The translations under genes were made by a program, and so were the position numbers. A stretch of 64,000 nucleotides of DNA from Octopus sinensis (Eukaryota). Shown here one piece after another: positions 13,315-27,249 of the stretch (its first letter is position 1; every line of letters begins with the position of its first letter). The DNA lies in assembly GCF_006345805.1 (NCBI RefSeq), contig NW_021835964.1:1-64000 (forward strand), in the 5' to 3' direction. The notes below the pieces were generated by a model. The model did no database searches, was not told where the DNA came from, and was given only the letters and a program-made list of their open reading frames with translations.

Positions 13315-13644
13315 TGCTTTTTTTTTTCAGTCATAGAGTTAGATTTATGAAGGTCTTCAGTAGAAAATCCTTCGAATTCTGACTCGCTGCTTGATATAAT
13401 GAAATTCGTATCCATTTTTTGTCAGAATTACAAATTTTGAAAACACAATAGGAACAAATTTCGGAAAAAAATCTCCCATAATTCACGGAATTAAAATTAC
13501 ACTTCGATTTTTGTACAAAACTGTAGTTGAAGTGTTTACGAAGTATAATACGTGTTTTCACGAATGTACTAAAGAGATTTGCTCTGATATTCTCATTTAA
13601 ATATGAATAGGTAAATTCGGGTGGCTTGGTAACGAAAGGGTTAA
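13315..13644 (-). mobile_element. piggyBac-like left end with transposase N-terminal remnant
   Basis: TTAA-CCCTTTCGTTACC terminus (TTAA 13641-13644); minus ORF MDTNFIISSSESEFEGFSTEDL resembles acidic piggyBac N-termini. Confidence 0.55.
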
Positions 13645-14469
13645 ACGGATGCATACATTTATTAATCTCTTATTATAATAACTATATATAAGTTTCATAC
13701 TGCAATTATATATACATATATCTATATATAATATTATATAATAAAATATATACAGAGTAAAATAAAAACCAATTTACCTTTTCTGTCCGTCCGTGTGTCT
13801 TTGCAAATGTGTTGGAATGATAAGTGAGTTGTGTTTTGGCGCCTTTTTTAATAACAAACACACACGTGTTTGTATGTAGTTGTATGTGTATGTAGTTGTA
13901 TGTAGTTGTATATGTATGTGTATGCGTGTGTGTGAGGAATGACACACACACACTCACACATGTACATCAATGCTTTCGGAGTGATATGTTAAAATATTGA
14001 GTTTTCTCGAATTTTGTCTTAATTGGTGGTAAAATTGAAAGAAATTTTTTATGGCATCACCCACTGAAGTACTCTGAAAAATCATGGGTACACTCTAATT
14101 GAAGAAATTGTGTGAGGAGTAAATCGTTATGTATGTATTTGTTTCTGTTTGCTGTGTTTTTTTATTTTTTGAGTAGTGGTTTAAATACTTTCAGTTTAGT
14201 CTTCCTCAAATCAGTCTGTCGCTATTTACTTTCATTTCATTCGTTGCACACTGTGTGTGTGCGTTTGCATGTGATGTAAACCAGACTAAGAAAAGCATTT
14301 GACACACACACTAGAATGTGAGTTTTCTGTAAATTTTGCTTAATTGGAGTTTAAATTTTAAAAACTGGACCTGGCATGACCCGATGCATTCTACTCTTAA
14401 AAATGCTAGGTAAATTGTAATTGAAGAAATCCTATATTGTAGATTTCTATAACTCCCAAAGGGAGGCAG

Positions 14470-15220
14470 ATAAAATCTGCCTTTTATACTAAGAGATGTG
14501 AAGATATCACCAACAATCTTCCCAGACCACAACAGAACTGACAATGTACAATCCAAAACCAATTACCGATGTATTTCACATAGATGGTACCCAAATTCTA
14601 TCCAGTCTGAACTTCTACAAGGCTGACTGGAAGTCAATTGAAAAAGGATTATCCAGCAAAATTGGCTTCAAAGTTACTCTATGCAAAACATTGGTATGAC
14701 ACTTAAAGAATACATGTCAATAATGCAAGCTATGTACGTTAAATTTGTCCCAGGGAAGACAGCGACAACATTCAAAAACATTATTTTTGGAAACAGGAGA
14801 GTTCTTTTGAGATGTAAAATCAAGATCTCCAATCACTTACATAAACAACTTGATGACAGCAAGAAATCTCTCTTCAAAGGAAGACTTTTAAAGATAAAAA
14901 AATAAACTCAGACTCTCCCATAGAAATAGAAACCAGGCTGCTGGAAATATAAAAATAAATCTTAAAGCCTTCAACAAGTTCACAAAAGTGTTTGCCTCGG
15001 TGCACAAGAGAGGGCCACTGTTTGAAGAAGAAGGCTCACTAACTGCAGATCTCAAGAGGATAAATGAAGTACTAAATAAGCACTTCTCCAATGGAAAACA
15101 TGTAAAGAAGCATTGTAGACCTACATGGAAAATGACAGCCATGATTATATCAATATCAAAGATGTAACATCAGCCATAGATGGATTACCGACAGTTCTCC
15201 TAAAATCAGTTCTCCTAAAA
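14470..15220 (+). mobile_element. CR1-like LINE fragment (endonuclease end plus linker), continuation of 12690-12920
   Basis: DVKISPTIFPDHN (SDH motif), LNFYKADWKSIE, NLKAFNKF...GPL...EVLNKHFS. Confidence 0.6.
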
Positions 15221-15289
15221 TCATGCAAGCTCTTGCAAAATCACTGTGGATACTTTTTCAGAGTTGTCCCTTTTTGTATCACCTAACTG

Positions 15290-15365
15290 GATGTTTTGCA
15301 TTCTTGTCCCTTTTTTGCATTTTTCATATATAAAAAGATATAGCAGCGTACGTACACATTGGTCT

Positions 15366-15419
<54 letters not shown>

Positions 15420-15600
15420 AAATGTGACCGCGTGTGTACCGTTGCCGATTTTTTTTCCTCCATCGTCCCTTCTTTGGATCTTTCCTTTTCCTATGTTTCT
15501 GACGAAGAGCTCCACTCGAAACGTTAAACCCTCCTTCTTTCCTTCCTTCCTGAGTGTCCAATAATACTATATTTGTTCTACTATATTTGTTCTAATTTAT
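15290..15600 (+). mobile_element. Short repeat carrying the hammerhead motif (probable PLE terminal repeat or retrozyme remnant) with internal (TA)n
   Basis: Context of the hammerhead; no ORF; boundaries approximate. Confidence 0.4.
15495..15529 (+). ncRNA. Minimal type I hammerhead ribozyme motif (Penelope/retrozyme type)
   Basis: GTTT-CTGACGA-A-GAG(CTCCA)CTC-GAAA-C-GTT-AAAC: conserved core, 3-bp stem II, palindromic ACGT stem III, 4-bp stem I. Confidence 0.65.
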
Positions 15601-16409
15601 ATTATGATTTTTATAATTGTATTCTTATCTTATATGTATTGAATTATAATGTATATATGTATGCTATTAAGGTTCTCATTTTTGTTAAATGAATAAATAA
15701 GTCAACATTCTAATATCTGAAAGCTGATGAACCAACTAAATTGTTTCTCCATTTGTATTATAAATATATACATATATAATTAATAATATCAGGGCAATAT
15801 AGGTTTTAGAAATTTTTACTACCAGTGGCCTAGCGTATAGAAAAATTAGTCAATAGACTATATATTATTCATATAAAATACAGTGTACATTTAAACACGT
15901 TAAGAGGTTTCCATCATAACAGTTCCTTACGCTAGAAAGAACAGCTAAAGTCCAAACCACTAATTAGGGATAAATTCTCAAAGGCAATGAAAAATAAAAA
16001 CATTTACCATCTATTTCCTGGACCATGGTTTCTGACTTATTTTAGCAAATAAAATAATTTGCTAGGTGAAGTCCAGGAAATAGATGATAAATGTTTTTAT
16101 TTTTCATTCCCTTCAAGAATTTATCCCTAATTAGTGGTTTGGACTTTAGCTGTTCTTTCTAGCATAAGGGATTCCTGTGATGGAAAACTCTTAATGTGTT
16201 TAAATGTACACTGTATTTTATATACATACATATATATATATAAATATATATATACTAGCAATGCACCTTGTCATTGTCTAGGTGTTATGACCTACAGCCA
16301 CACTGTATTATTTGTATCTTTTTTTACGGGCAGAATCAGCAGATGAGGAGTATGAAGCAAAAAACTCTTCTTTATAAACATGTTTATCATAATTTTCTGA
16401 TGAACAATG

Positions 16410-16561
16410 CTGCAGTTTCTGTCAACCAAATTCAGTCATAAGTCTATGGTTGGCCTTGGGCTATAGTACAAATCACTTGCTCAAGGTGCCATGAAGAGGG
16501 ATTGAATGTGGAACCATGTTGTTGAGAAGCAAACTTCTCAACCACAGTCATTCTTGCACCT
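16410..16561 (-). mobile_element. tRNA-derived SINE, 5' half
   Basis: Matches the head of the SINE at 17005-17413. Confidence 0.7.
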
Positions 16562-17004
16562 AATATGTGTGTATGTGCGTGAGTTTACATTTGTTGTTAA
16601 ATCAAGTACAATTGTAATTTGAAGTTGAATGGCTAGCAGTCAGAAAGATGTCCAGATTTCTTTAAAAATTATGGTGCAAAATATTCCAAGAAAAAGTACT
16701 TTTTTCACCACAACAGAACACACACATACACACATGCAGTGGTGTGTCTGTGTTAACTTGAGCTACTACAAATAGCAGCCAAATCTCTCTTAAAACACAC
16801 CCTTTCATCAAAAGTAAGTCACAGATTTACAATATTTCCGGAAGAAAAAAAAAATCCATGCAATGGGTCTCCTACATCATAGGCAACTCTGGGCTAAACA
16901 AAACATAGACAAGCATTCTTCACATTAAAAGGTTATATACTAAATAATACTAATAAGTTGATGGTACACCTTCAAAGTTTCATTCCCTGGTAAAACTCCA
17001 TGTA

Positions 17005-17413
17005 TCTCTTTTACTCTTTTACTTGTTTCAGTCAGTTGACTGTGGCCATGCTGGAGCACCACCTTTTGTCAAGCAAATCGATCCAAGGACTTATTCTTTG
17101 TAAGCCTAGTACTTATTCTATCAGTCTCTTTTGCCATACCACTAAGTTACGGTGATGTAAACACATCAGCATCGGTTGTCAAACGATGTTGGGAAGACAA
17201 ACACAGACACACAAACATATACACACACATATATATATATACATATAGACGATGGGCTTCTTCCAGTTTCCATCTACCAAATCCATTCACAAGGCTTTGG
17301 TCGACCTGAGGCTATACTAGAAGACACTTGCCCAAGGTGTCATGCAGAGGGACTGAACCCAGAACCATGTGGTTGATAAACAAACTACTTATCACATAGC
17401 CACTCTTACGCCT
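17005..17413 (-). mobile_element. Full-length tRNA-derived SINE with central (TA/CA)n
   Basis: Minus strand A/B-box-like head (TGGCTATGTGATAAG...GGTTCAGTCCC), body and (AGTAAAAG)n-type tail; homologous to 34866-35250. Confidence 0.85.
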
Positions 17414-17689
17414 ATGTATGTTAAACATTTTTTCATTATGCTCTAAAACATAGATTGTTCAGGCAGAGATGCCTCCTTTAGCTAAAGACCTCAAAATTGT
17501 GTGACCCGACCTCATTTTCAATGTTGTCTTTGTAGTAAGGAAAAGTTGTTGCGCAAAAAAATACTTTATTTGGTAACCGAAATATTACTGAATCTTTTGA
17601 TACCTCATACATCAACATCAGCAGCTCAGTTTTTGAATGCATAAGGAACATACACACACACTCTTTTTTATATATTAAGATACATATAT

Positions 17690-17942
<253 letters not shown>

Positions 17943-18141
17943 ATGTACTGTCCCATGTTATATATAACGATAGAAAATGCAACTTCAACTTCCAATGAAT
18001 TTATTGTATTTACTTTTTTTATAGTTCTCTATCATCATTCAAATATTTTCTTAAACATTACTTCATTTAAAACAAACTTCACCTCCTTATAACTTCTGCC
18101 TCTCTTTTTAGGCAAGTTAAGCTACTGTCTTATTATAAGAA

Positions 18142-21100
18142 CTAGAAGAGGTACCCGGCGTTGCCCAGCATAACTCTCAATGGAGTAGTTGTTCACATGA
18201 GCCGAAAGACTTCCATCAAATACAACTATAGAAGTAATAATTTACAAGTGTTGACCATAATGAGGGCCTCTGAATATTCACGCTGAAATATCTCTGTGGT
18301 GGTGCTGCCAGCAAAGATGAATACGATAGTAACAATTTAAACTTCGTGGGCCTGAAGAGGGCCTTGGGTCGTTCACTCTTAAAAGTCCCAGTGGCAGAGC
18401 TGTCAGCAAAGACGACTCCAATTAGAGGTGGTGGCCCTTAAGAAGTCCTCCACACCACTTTGGTGTGTCATATTTGCTTTGCTTATTATTTAAGGTTGTA
18501 ACCTAGAAAAGCATGTAAAAGTTGGTGGCCACAAAAACGGCCTTGGCAAGATCATGCTGGAATGTTAAAAAATGTGTAAATAAGATTTAGGGAAAAGTAG
18601 ATTAATTAAGTTAAAACCATGGAACATCAATAGCAAATTGTGATAGCAACATATAAATGTAGAAAACAGAGACATTCAACATTTATAACATATAGCAAGA
18701 CCAACCTCAGAGGCATACATAATATTGTCAAAAGGACAAATATAGCACACGGATACACTTATACAAAAAAACAGCGAATACTCGGTGGATAGGGTGCCTA
18801 CAAAACTTCCTTATTGACTAAATTTTGGGTTTTCTCGCAAGTTGCAAAAGCAAATAGGTTATGCCGGCTCCCCACTTGAGAGCAGCCAATATATAGTTGA
18901 CCGTGGGAGGAGTACGGTTCTTCTAAAGTAAGCCCTATGACCATCAGCATCTGACCCTGTGATTTGTTAATTGACATGGCAAAACTGAGCCAGAGAGGGA
19001 ATTGAAGCCTTCTGAATGTAAAAGGAATGTCTTTACTGGAGGGAATGAGAGGTATCCTTGGTATGAAGACGGTATCCACCTTACCACATCCTATAAGTAT
19101 TGTTGCCACAATAGCATGAGGCATCGCCTTATGGACGACCAGACACATGCCGTTGCAAAGTCTGAGGGGTTACAAATTCCTGAAGAGCATTACAGGGACT
19201 TCTTTCTTAAGTTGCAATAAGTGTGGAGGCAATCCGGGAGGCCTAGGGAATTAAGAAATTTTGTTGGGTAATTAACAACTTCGTCCGAATCAGCAATAGA
19301 ATCAAGGTTTCCAGTCAAGCACAGCATGATACTTCCAACTATGTAGTTTTCTGAAGTCAATACTGCACGTACACACAACCACTCTTGATTTGTGCAGTTC
19401 TTCTCAAGTTTAGGAAAAACAGATGTCCATAACTCAACAATTGACTTACTGCATCTGTAAATCCCAGTGAGGTCCACTGCACCATCTCCATCGAGTGGGA
19501 CTTTTCCACCACCCAACAACAAATTGGCAGCAATAAAACCTGCTGATGTCTCATCACCTTGCAGTTGTGCCTTCATGTTTGTTGAAAGTGTCAGCTTTCT
19601 TATATAATGCCAAAGTTGGGAGGCCTTAAGGCATGCAGCAACCTTATCAGCCCGCTTGCCTTTTGGGATTACAGGCAGAGTCTGTCTGAAGTCTCCAGAT
19701 AACAGAAACATGACACCTCCCATTGGTTCTTGACAGTCCCTGATGTCTCTGAATGACCAGTCTAATGCCTTGAAAGCTGCCTTGTGAGCCATTGTGCATT
19801 TGTCCCAAACAATTTGTAGGCAGCAGTTTAACACTAGTGCTTTTCCAAAAGATTAGTTGATATTGCACATGGGTGTCTCAGTGGATGCCACATTCAGAGA
19901 AAGACTGAAGGCAGAATGATCCGTCCTGCCACCAGGCAGCAAAGTTGCTGTAATGCCGAAAGAAGCCACAGCCAATGCGATGTTTCCTATTTCATTATTG
20001 CCCACAAGGGGCTAAACATAGACAGACAAAGGTAATTAAGTCGATTACATTGACCCACAGGATGAAAAGCAAAATCAACCATGGTGGAATTTGAACTCAG
20101 AACGTAACGGCAGACGAAATACTGTTAAGCATTTCACCCGGTGTGCTAACGTTTCTGCCAGCTCGCTGCTTTATTGGCTTGCCACAGCTGTCTTCAGGTC
20201 TCCTCCACCTATGCAAAGGATATCCATCAACGCCAGTCTGTTTCCTGTAAAAACTGCCTGGGATATGGTTTTGTACACTTTTTGTTGTGTATGCATGAGG
20301 ACTTCATACTGAATCCATGTCCGCAAGGAGTATGGACCATGTTTGATGTAACTATAGAGAAGAGGTCATTTTCAATCGATGGCTCAAGTAGTTCCGCAGA
20401 AATGAATTTGTCGATGTAGTTTGAACTGATTTTTGTAACCAACCAAATCAAGATATGGGCATACGGGAGCCTTTGTTTCTGCCATTCGACTGTGTACATG
20501 TCACACCTGAGAGGCCCAAAAGCCTGTCCTTTCTTTAATAAATCGATTAATTTGGATAATGTGAGGCAAAACACTCTTGCTATGCAATCATGCCTGTGTC
20601 TTGGCGCTTGACTGTGGAACGGTTGTTTGTAATCTCCTTCCACATGTAAATGTCATGAAAAGGTTAGGCCACCCATAATGTATGTAAGTCATGGTGTCCT
20701 GATTCCTCTCATGCATGTATCAGGTCTCCCTGTGAATGTTGAAGGCAAAATACACACTTGTCCTAAATTGTCTGGGGATACGTCGTTGTTAATTCTATCA
20801 TGTAGATGAATGTAGCATTCAGATTGAAGTTTTTCTTTTGATTTAATTTAATGAACCATTATCTCTCAGACTCCATTTTAACAGCCATGTCAACAGCAAA
20901 TTGTTGGAAAAGGTCATGAGATCGGTGTAGATGGATGAATGAATTGTCTTTTACCATAAATCGGAAAGCGTAGAAATCCATGCAAGCGACAGTTTTTCTA
21001 AGATGTGCCTCACCATTGCCTGCTGAATGTTGAGGAATGCCGAAATCGTATCCATCCTCACCGTTGACAAATAGAAAAGGATACTGGCGGGCATTGTGGG

Positions 21101-23850
21101 ACCTGTGTGTCTCATTCATATGCTGTAATGTGCTGTTTCGGTGCTTTAGAATATCTCTTTTGTTGTGCTGTTCACTACAAATAACTGCAGCAATCTCATT
21201 ACAAGTTGGTGTGACGAACCGACCAGCATGTTCTCCAGATGGCCTTTGGTCAGCATGTATGACCACATTAAAGTCTGGGTTGGTGGCTGTTTCCAAAGTG
21301 TACTTAAAGCTGCAAGCATAGCTGTTTTTGTCATGAAAAATTTCTTGAAGTTTTATTATAGTAACAATGTTAGTTTTGGATGAAATAAAGTTTTACCTCT
21401 CTGCCTGCTCCTGATAGTTTCCAATGAAGTCTAACTTTAGAAATTGAAGATTCTTTTCTACCATAGGCTGAATAGACCCAATCAAGTGGTAGATCTGTTC
21501 CTGGACTTTAAAAGTCGGCATGACCCATATTCCGATTTAAGCTATGCTCCAAAGAATTTCATCTGAAAGGTAGAATTGTAGTAGCAGATATTACACAGAA
21601 ACTTCAATGATTTCTCTGTCATGTCTATCAAAAGGAGTTGCAATGTCTCTGGAGGGTTGTGAACAGGAGGTAGTTTAATTTCACCATTTGAGCAGCACAT
21701 TCCAACTCTTTCCTCTGGCCACTTTTTGCACAACATATCTGGCAAGTAGAGGTCATTTCCCCAATTTGAATATTTCCATGGCTGGCATAGTTGTAGGAGG
21801 GGTCGTAGTTAAAGGCCACTGACCTAACTCCATGGCTGTCCTTGTCTACTGTCTGCTCTCTCTTTTTAAAGGCTTTTTTTCTCTTTCTCCACCTGACAAC
21901 ATGGACTGTTCAATTTTTATTTTTATTTCTTTTAATAGACATCGTTTTTTCTTCTTTTTCCTTTCCTTTTTCTTTTAAAAGACAGGGTATCAATATATTT
22001 TTTTTCCATTCATACAATAACAATAAGTAAATTTTAACTATTGAAAGGACAGAGGCAAAAATGTCCAAAAAATCACAGTATGATAAACTGGAAACTTATG
22101 ACCATAAACACATTAAATAAACCTCATTTAAAGTGAAAAATGTTGAAAAAGCATACATTTCAGAAACATGGGGTAGCTTATGAGAGTACACAAGTAAAAA
22201 AACCTACCACTTGTCAAAAGCCAAAAATGAAGTATGATCCTAGGTTGAACTTGACCAAGATAAATAGAAGTGATTTCACTTAATGAACAACACTCAAGGT
22301 GTCTGATTGGTTAGATAATACAAATAAGTGTGATGAAATCTGCTGAACACAACTCACTGATGTGTGGTTGGCCAGAGGTCACCATTTCCCACCTAATTAG
22401 GGTACAATTAAATGGGGGAGGCAACTGTGTGTAAAAACTAATCAATTATTTGCACAGTTTAGGCATAATTGTGAAATAGCACAATTTACATACAGTAGAC
22501 ATTAAAATTTACACCTGGGTTAAATCACACTTTCTTGGTTAGGAGTATGAAATGATGCCAAAGTTCAAGGAAAAAAATTTAACTCTCCATTCCACACTTA
22601 ATTGTGGGGCAATTACACATGGGAGACAACCGAGTGCAAAATTAAATTCAACCATCCTAAAGTTAACTAAGTAAATTAAAGTTTAGTCAGTGGGACTTAT
22701 GAATTCACTACTCCATTTGTAAGACATGAGTAAAAGATGCGTCTACTTTTGTTTAAATTGACTGTTATTTCCAGAAGTTAAAATGCTTTGCTGCAATCAT
22801 ATATGAACTCTAAAAGTGGTCCAAAGGGGCTCACTGCCCTCCCTAGGGGGGCAGAATTCAAGTGATAACGAATTTGCAATGCTTTATCTTATGATTGGCA
22901 AGAACCATGATTAACTCCCGAGGTTCTGATGCTGTTTTATTGTGGCACTTTGAACTTTTATGGGTTAACGATTTAGGTTCATTGCTCCCAAGGGGATCGT
23001 CTTGCTGAATTGAAATGGAAGTAAATGTGCCTCTCTGTATCTTCATCTGTAGTAAATGAATAACAACTGAGTCGAAATTCATTTTATGAAATTACCAATT
23101 ATCGAAGCTATGACCCTTTGTTGTATTACAAGAGCCAAATTCAGTAAATGACTTGCCAGGACTTATGCCCCCTGGGGGTCCCCTTGCTTGTTCCAGGTAT
23201 AGACAGCATCTTCAACACCATCTCTAGGCAATGGGTAACCAATGTGTCCCCTAATGCTAAAATTGAGCATAAACTTCAAAAGTTATTAGGTACTAATACA
23301 GTGTTAATGTGAACTTCAGTCGGTAAGTCAAAGGGGCTTACTACCCCTCCAGGGTCCCCTTGATAAGTTCAAATAAAGGTTCGTATGTTCACCTTCCTCT
23401 GTGAGCCATTGGTAATCAATATGTCTTGTTTTGTGAAAACCAAACGCCAACTCAACCAGTTTTGTTGCATTGATAATATCAACTTCAACATTCATCAAAA
23501 TCGGTTTACTACTCACCAAGGGGTCCTCTACCTGGATTTCTGTGCAAGTGCATGCTTGCAACTTTATTTGTAGGCCATAAGCAAACAAAAGATTAATTTT
23601 GGTGAAGATGGGAGGCAAACGGCAGGAATTATGGGGCCTTTATGCTGTAGTACTGCTGACTCCAAGAGAGGCTTAAGGAGGTTATCTGCACGTGGGGGTG
23701 GGGTACAATCGAGGTACAGAAAAATAAAATAGCCTATGATGCATAATAGAACTTCAGAAACCTATGTATGAAATTTGGTGAAAATTAGCTGTAAGATGTA
23801 CAAATGCATGCAGTTACACAGACAGACAAAGAGAGAGAGAGCAAGATAGA
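18142..23850 (-). mobile_element. Degraded autonomous-type Helitron (RepHel pseudogene ~18800-21830)
   Basis: CTAG at 18142-18145 with hairpin (CTGGGCAACGCCGGG); helicase (GDFRQTLPVI, SINKSQG); Rep (VEWQKQRLPYAHILIW, CTKPYP); Helitron-like 5' end (ACAGACAGAC...AGATAGA|T) near 23850, exact 5' end less certain. Confidence 0.85.
19995..20170 (-). mobile_element. tRNA-derived SINE inserted in the Helitron
   Basis: Minus strand GCAGCGAGCTGGCAGAAACGTTAGCAC...GTTCTGAGTTCAAATTCC. Confidence 0.75.
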
Positions 23851-24195
23851 TATGTGTGCATATGTATGGATGTGTCTATATGTGCATATGTATGGATGTG
23901 TCTATATGTGCATATATATATGTATCAGAAGATCATGTTTTTGATTCCTGAACCAGGTGGTGTGTTGTATCTTGTGCAAAACACTTCATTTCATGTTGCA
24001 CCTGTCCACTTAGTTGTAAATATATAACCCTGTGATTGGTTGCCAATCCATTCAAGGGGTATCTTGTGATCTTGGTCACTTATTTACCATGGAAACTGAG
24101 TAACTACTACTTGAGACCTATTACTTGGCAGAAATATTCAGGGTTTGTTTTCTACTATACACACCCAAGTAAACATATTAAATATATATATATAT

Positions 24196-24196
<1 letters not shown>

Positions 24197-24229
<33 letters not shown>

Positions 24230-25400
24230 ACATCATTTAACATTCATTTTCCATACTGGTATAGGCAGGATGGTTTCACAGGAATTCACAATTCAGAAAA
24301 CTGCATCAAGATCTGACGTCTGTTTAGGCATGCTTTCTGCAGATTGATGCCCTTCCTAATGACAACCACTTTACAGAGTAATCTGAGTGCTTTTGATGTA
24401 GTACCAGCAGCAGTGAGGCCACCAAGTAACTTGCAGGACAAGCCCCTCAATTGGAGTAATATTGAAGGACAGAGAAAGAAGGTGTCTTGCATTAGAAGAG
24501 AAACATTGCTACTTCAGATGGAGAGAGAGAGAGGAAAGACAGATGGTGAAGATGTGACAAGGAGGGGTAGAGGCCACACACCCAAGGTATAGGTTAGGGT
24601 ATATAGGGAAGTGGACTGGGGATTGGAGAGGGTGAAAGAGTGGATGTGTTCACAAGATTTCATAAAGAGAGTGAGAGCTAGAGGTGCGGGATGTAATGAG
24701 TGGGCACTGGTAAATGGGAGTTTAGAACATTTACCCTCTGAGGACAACAGATGATGATTTAAACTTCTTAATATATTGGAGAGGGGGTAATTAACCAGGA
24801 GTTGTAATTGTCCTATGGGGTAGTTTTCGTTGGGAGGAATTGTTCTATGAGGGATAGTTGTCCTAGGAGGGTAATTGTCTTGATATGGGTAGATTGAGGG
24901 ATATTAGGAGAAAATGTTGTGGTACAGGGATTTAACAGGACCATATAGAGTATAGGTAGATACATGAGGGAGAATGGAATGGAGGGAAAAACCTGGTAAG
25001 CATAAGTAGGTTGTGGGGGAGGGAAGGGGTGCCAACATGGATATTTCTTAGCTGGGTTTTCTCAAGCACAGTCAATTGTCAATTAAATCTGTCCTGTGTG
25101 ATCTCTGTGAAGCTCAACATCTGATAATCATTTTTCATCACTTCATCTCACATCTTCCTGAGTCTTTCTCTTCCACAGGTTCCCTCCACTTTTAGAGACT
25201 GGCGCTTCTTTATACAGCTGTCCTCATCCATACACATCACATAACCATACTGGTGCAATCTTCTGTCTTATGCACTACAACTGATGCTGCTTGTACCCAA
25301 TTTTACACTTTGTCATACCACAAAATTCCATTCATTGGTCTGGATAATCTTCACTGAGAATATGGACACTTCTTGGAATGTAACTTTTCCAGTTACAGTG
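24197..25400 (-). mobile_element. Old RTE subfamily 3' end (RT C-terminus, long 3' UTR, (GAT)n tail)
   Basis: (CAT)n next to (TA)n at 24197; 25100-25400 resembles RLRWYGHV..MDEDSC..GRPRKT. Confidence 0.7.
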
Positions 25401-25948
25401 TTGCAAATGTGATGAATGCTTGATTTTGAAATTCCTGTCTTACAACTCCCATGCCACACTGATTTTTTTTTTAACTCTAGCAATATCCTTCCTTTGGTGA
25501 TAGTGATTTGGGCTCATCAATGACCACAGTCATGTAAACATTCTGAATAATTCCACTGCTTCAAACTCTTCCCTAATTTGAATGATTGTGAGTTGTGTAG
25601 GTAGATCTGTTTGAATCTCCCTCCTTCATATTCGAACTTACAATGGCACTTTAGGAAAGATTTCCTTTGTTCAAAGTTTATTCTGGCTCTGTTCATTATT
25701 TCTGATGGGTTAAATCTGAAAAATAAATGAAAATGAAATTAGTTATCACCTGTTAAAATGTGTATACATTCTTTTAGATGACCTGAGTATCTGTGTGTAT
25801 ATATGTTCATGTGTGTGTGCATGCACAAGCAAGTATGTTTGTGTATATAGAGGGTTGCACAAAATACTGGTAGCATTGCATTCTATTTAGCTATCTCTCT
25901 TACTGACAATTATACAAATTTACAGCTATCCCAGTCTGTATATATGTA

Positions 25949-27071
25949 TTGGGTCATCCCATATATAATGCAGTTTTTTCAATTGCATGTACTAAAAGTT
26001 GGAGGGAGACAGAATAAACTACCAGTATCAACTTGCTATAAAAGCAGATAGTAAATTTACTTTGTATTTATTCTTAGTGCAAGTTTTGAAGAGTGCAGTT
26101 AGATTTTAATAGTTATTTTTTCAAAGCTACTATGGAAGTAACAAAGAACATATTTGACATATTTTGCTTTATGAGTTCAATGGAAACTACAAGGAATATT
26201 AATGGACAATAATCCTAAGTCAGTCTCAATGGTGGTTCCAGAAATTACAGCCTAGAAGATTAACCTCGTCCTAGAAGATCTGTAGACAAAGACACCCTGC
26301 AAATCCTGGTGGAACAAAATCCCATCATAACTGTTGAGGAACTAGCATAGAAGTTTGGATTTGGTCATTCGACCATTCATTGACACCTGCATACTATCAG
26401 AAAATTCAGCAAATTAGGGTAGTAGGTCCTTCACAAACTTTTGGAGTTTAATCGCATGCAGAGAGTGAATGTCTGCTCTTCTTTGCTGTCACTTCTCACA
26501 AATGGACCTTTTTTGGACTGAATAGTGACTGGTGTTGAGAAATGGATTCTCTATAAAAATGTTGAGTGCCAAAAAAAGTGGGTAGGGAAAGGAGAAACAC
26601 TGGCACCCCAGGTTATAGGTCTTCACACTTGTAAGGTGTTGTTATCTGTTTGGTGGGATATGAAAGGTTTTGTCCATTTTGAACTTTTAAACCCAAATCA
26701 AACAATAACAAATGAGATCTACTGCAAACAGCTTGAGCAGCTTAAGTCAGCACTAGAAGAAAAACAATGCCCCACCCACCATATTCGCCGAACTTTACCC
26801 TGTTTGATTATCATTTATTCCACAGTCTTCAAAATCATTTGGATGGAAAAAATATGAGCTCTGTAGATGAGGTCAGAACAGTACTGGAGGAGTATTTCTT
26901 ATCATGGACAAGTGACTTTTGGAAGAGGGGTCTTGAAAGTAATCAAGATAGATGGAAGAGCATTGAAGAAAATGAAGGAGAGTATATTTTAGATTAAAAA
27001 AGAAATTGTTTATCTTAATTTTGAAAAATAAACGACGTATAAAAAACTGCATTATTTATGGGATGACCCAA
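25949..27071 (+). mobile_element. mariner (DD34D) element, internally deleted
   Basis: TA TSDs (25947-48, 27072-73); ~31-bp TIRs TTGGGTCATCCCATA(T/A)ATAATGCAGTTTTTT with one mismatch; VTGVEKWILY and HPPYSPN...DYHLF motifs. Confidence 0.92.
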
Positions 27072-27249
27072 TACATGTGCCCATATATATTATTTATACT
27101 TTGCACATTATGATATAAACCCCCTGTTTTTGCTGTTATCTATATCTAACGATATTGAAACATGTGACTTAATTTTGAAAGCAGATAAATTTTTGAAGTG
27201 CAGATGGGTGGAGCTTAAGTCACTAAAACTATTGAATTGCTTAATATTT

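Noticed and set aside
13680-14450. Additional Helitron-like termini
   Set aside because: Could not pair 5' and 3' ends or find a clear hairpin-CTAG; left unannotated
17005-17413. tRNA gene calls in SINE heads (also 34866, 43073, 20100, 4200)
   Set aside because: Only A/B-box-like heads fused to SINE bodies; no complete cloverleaf seen
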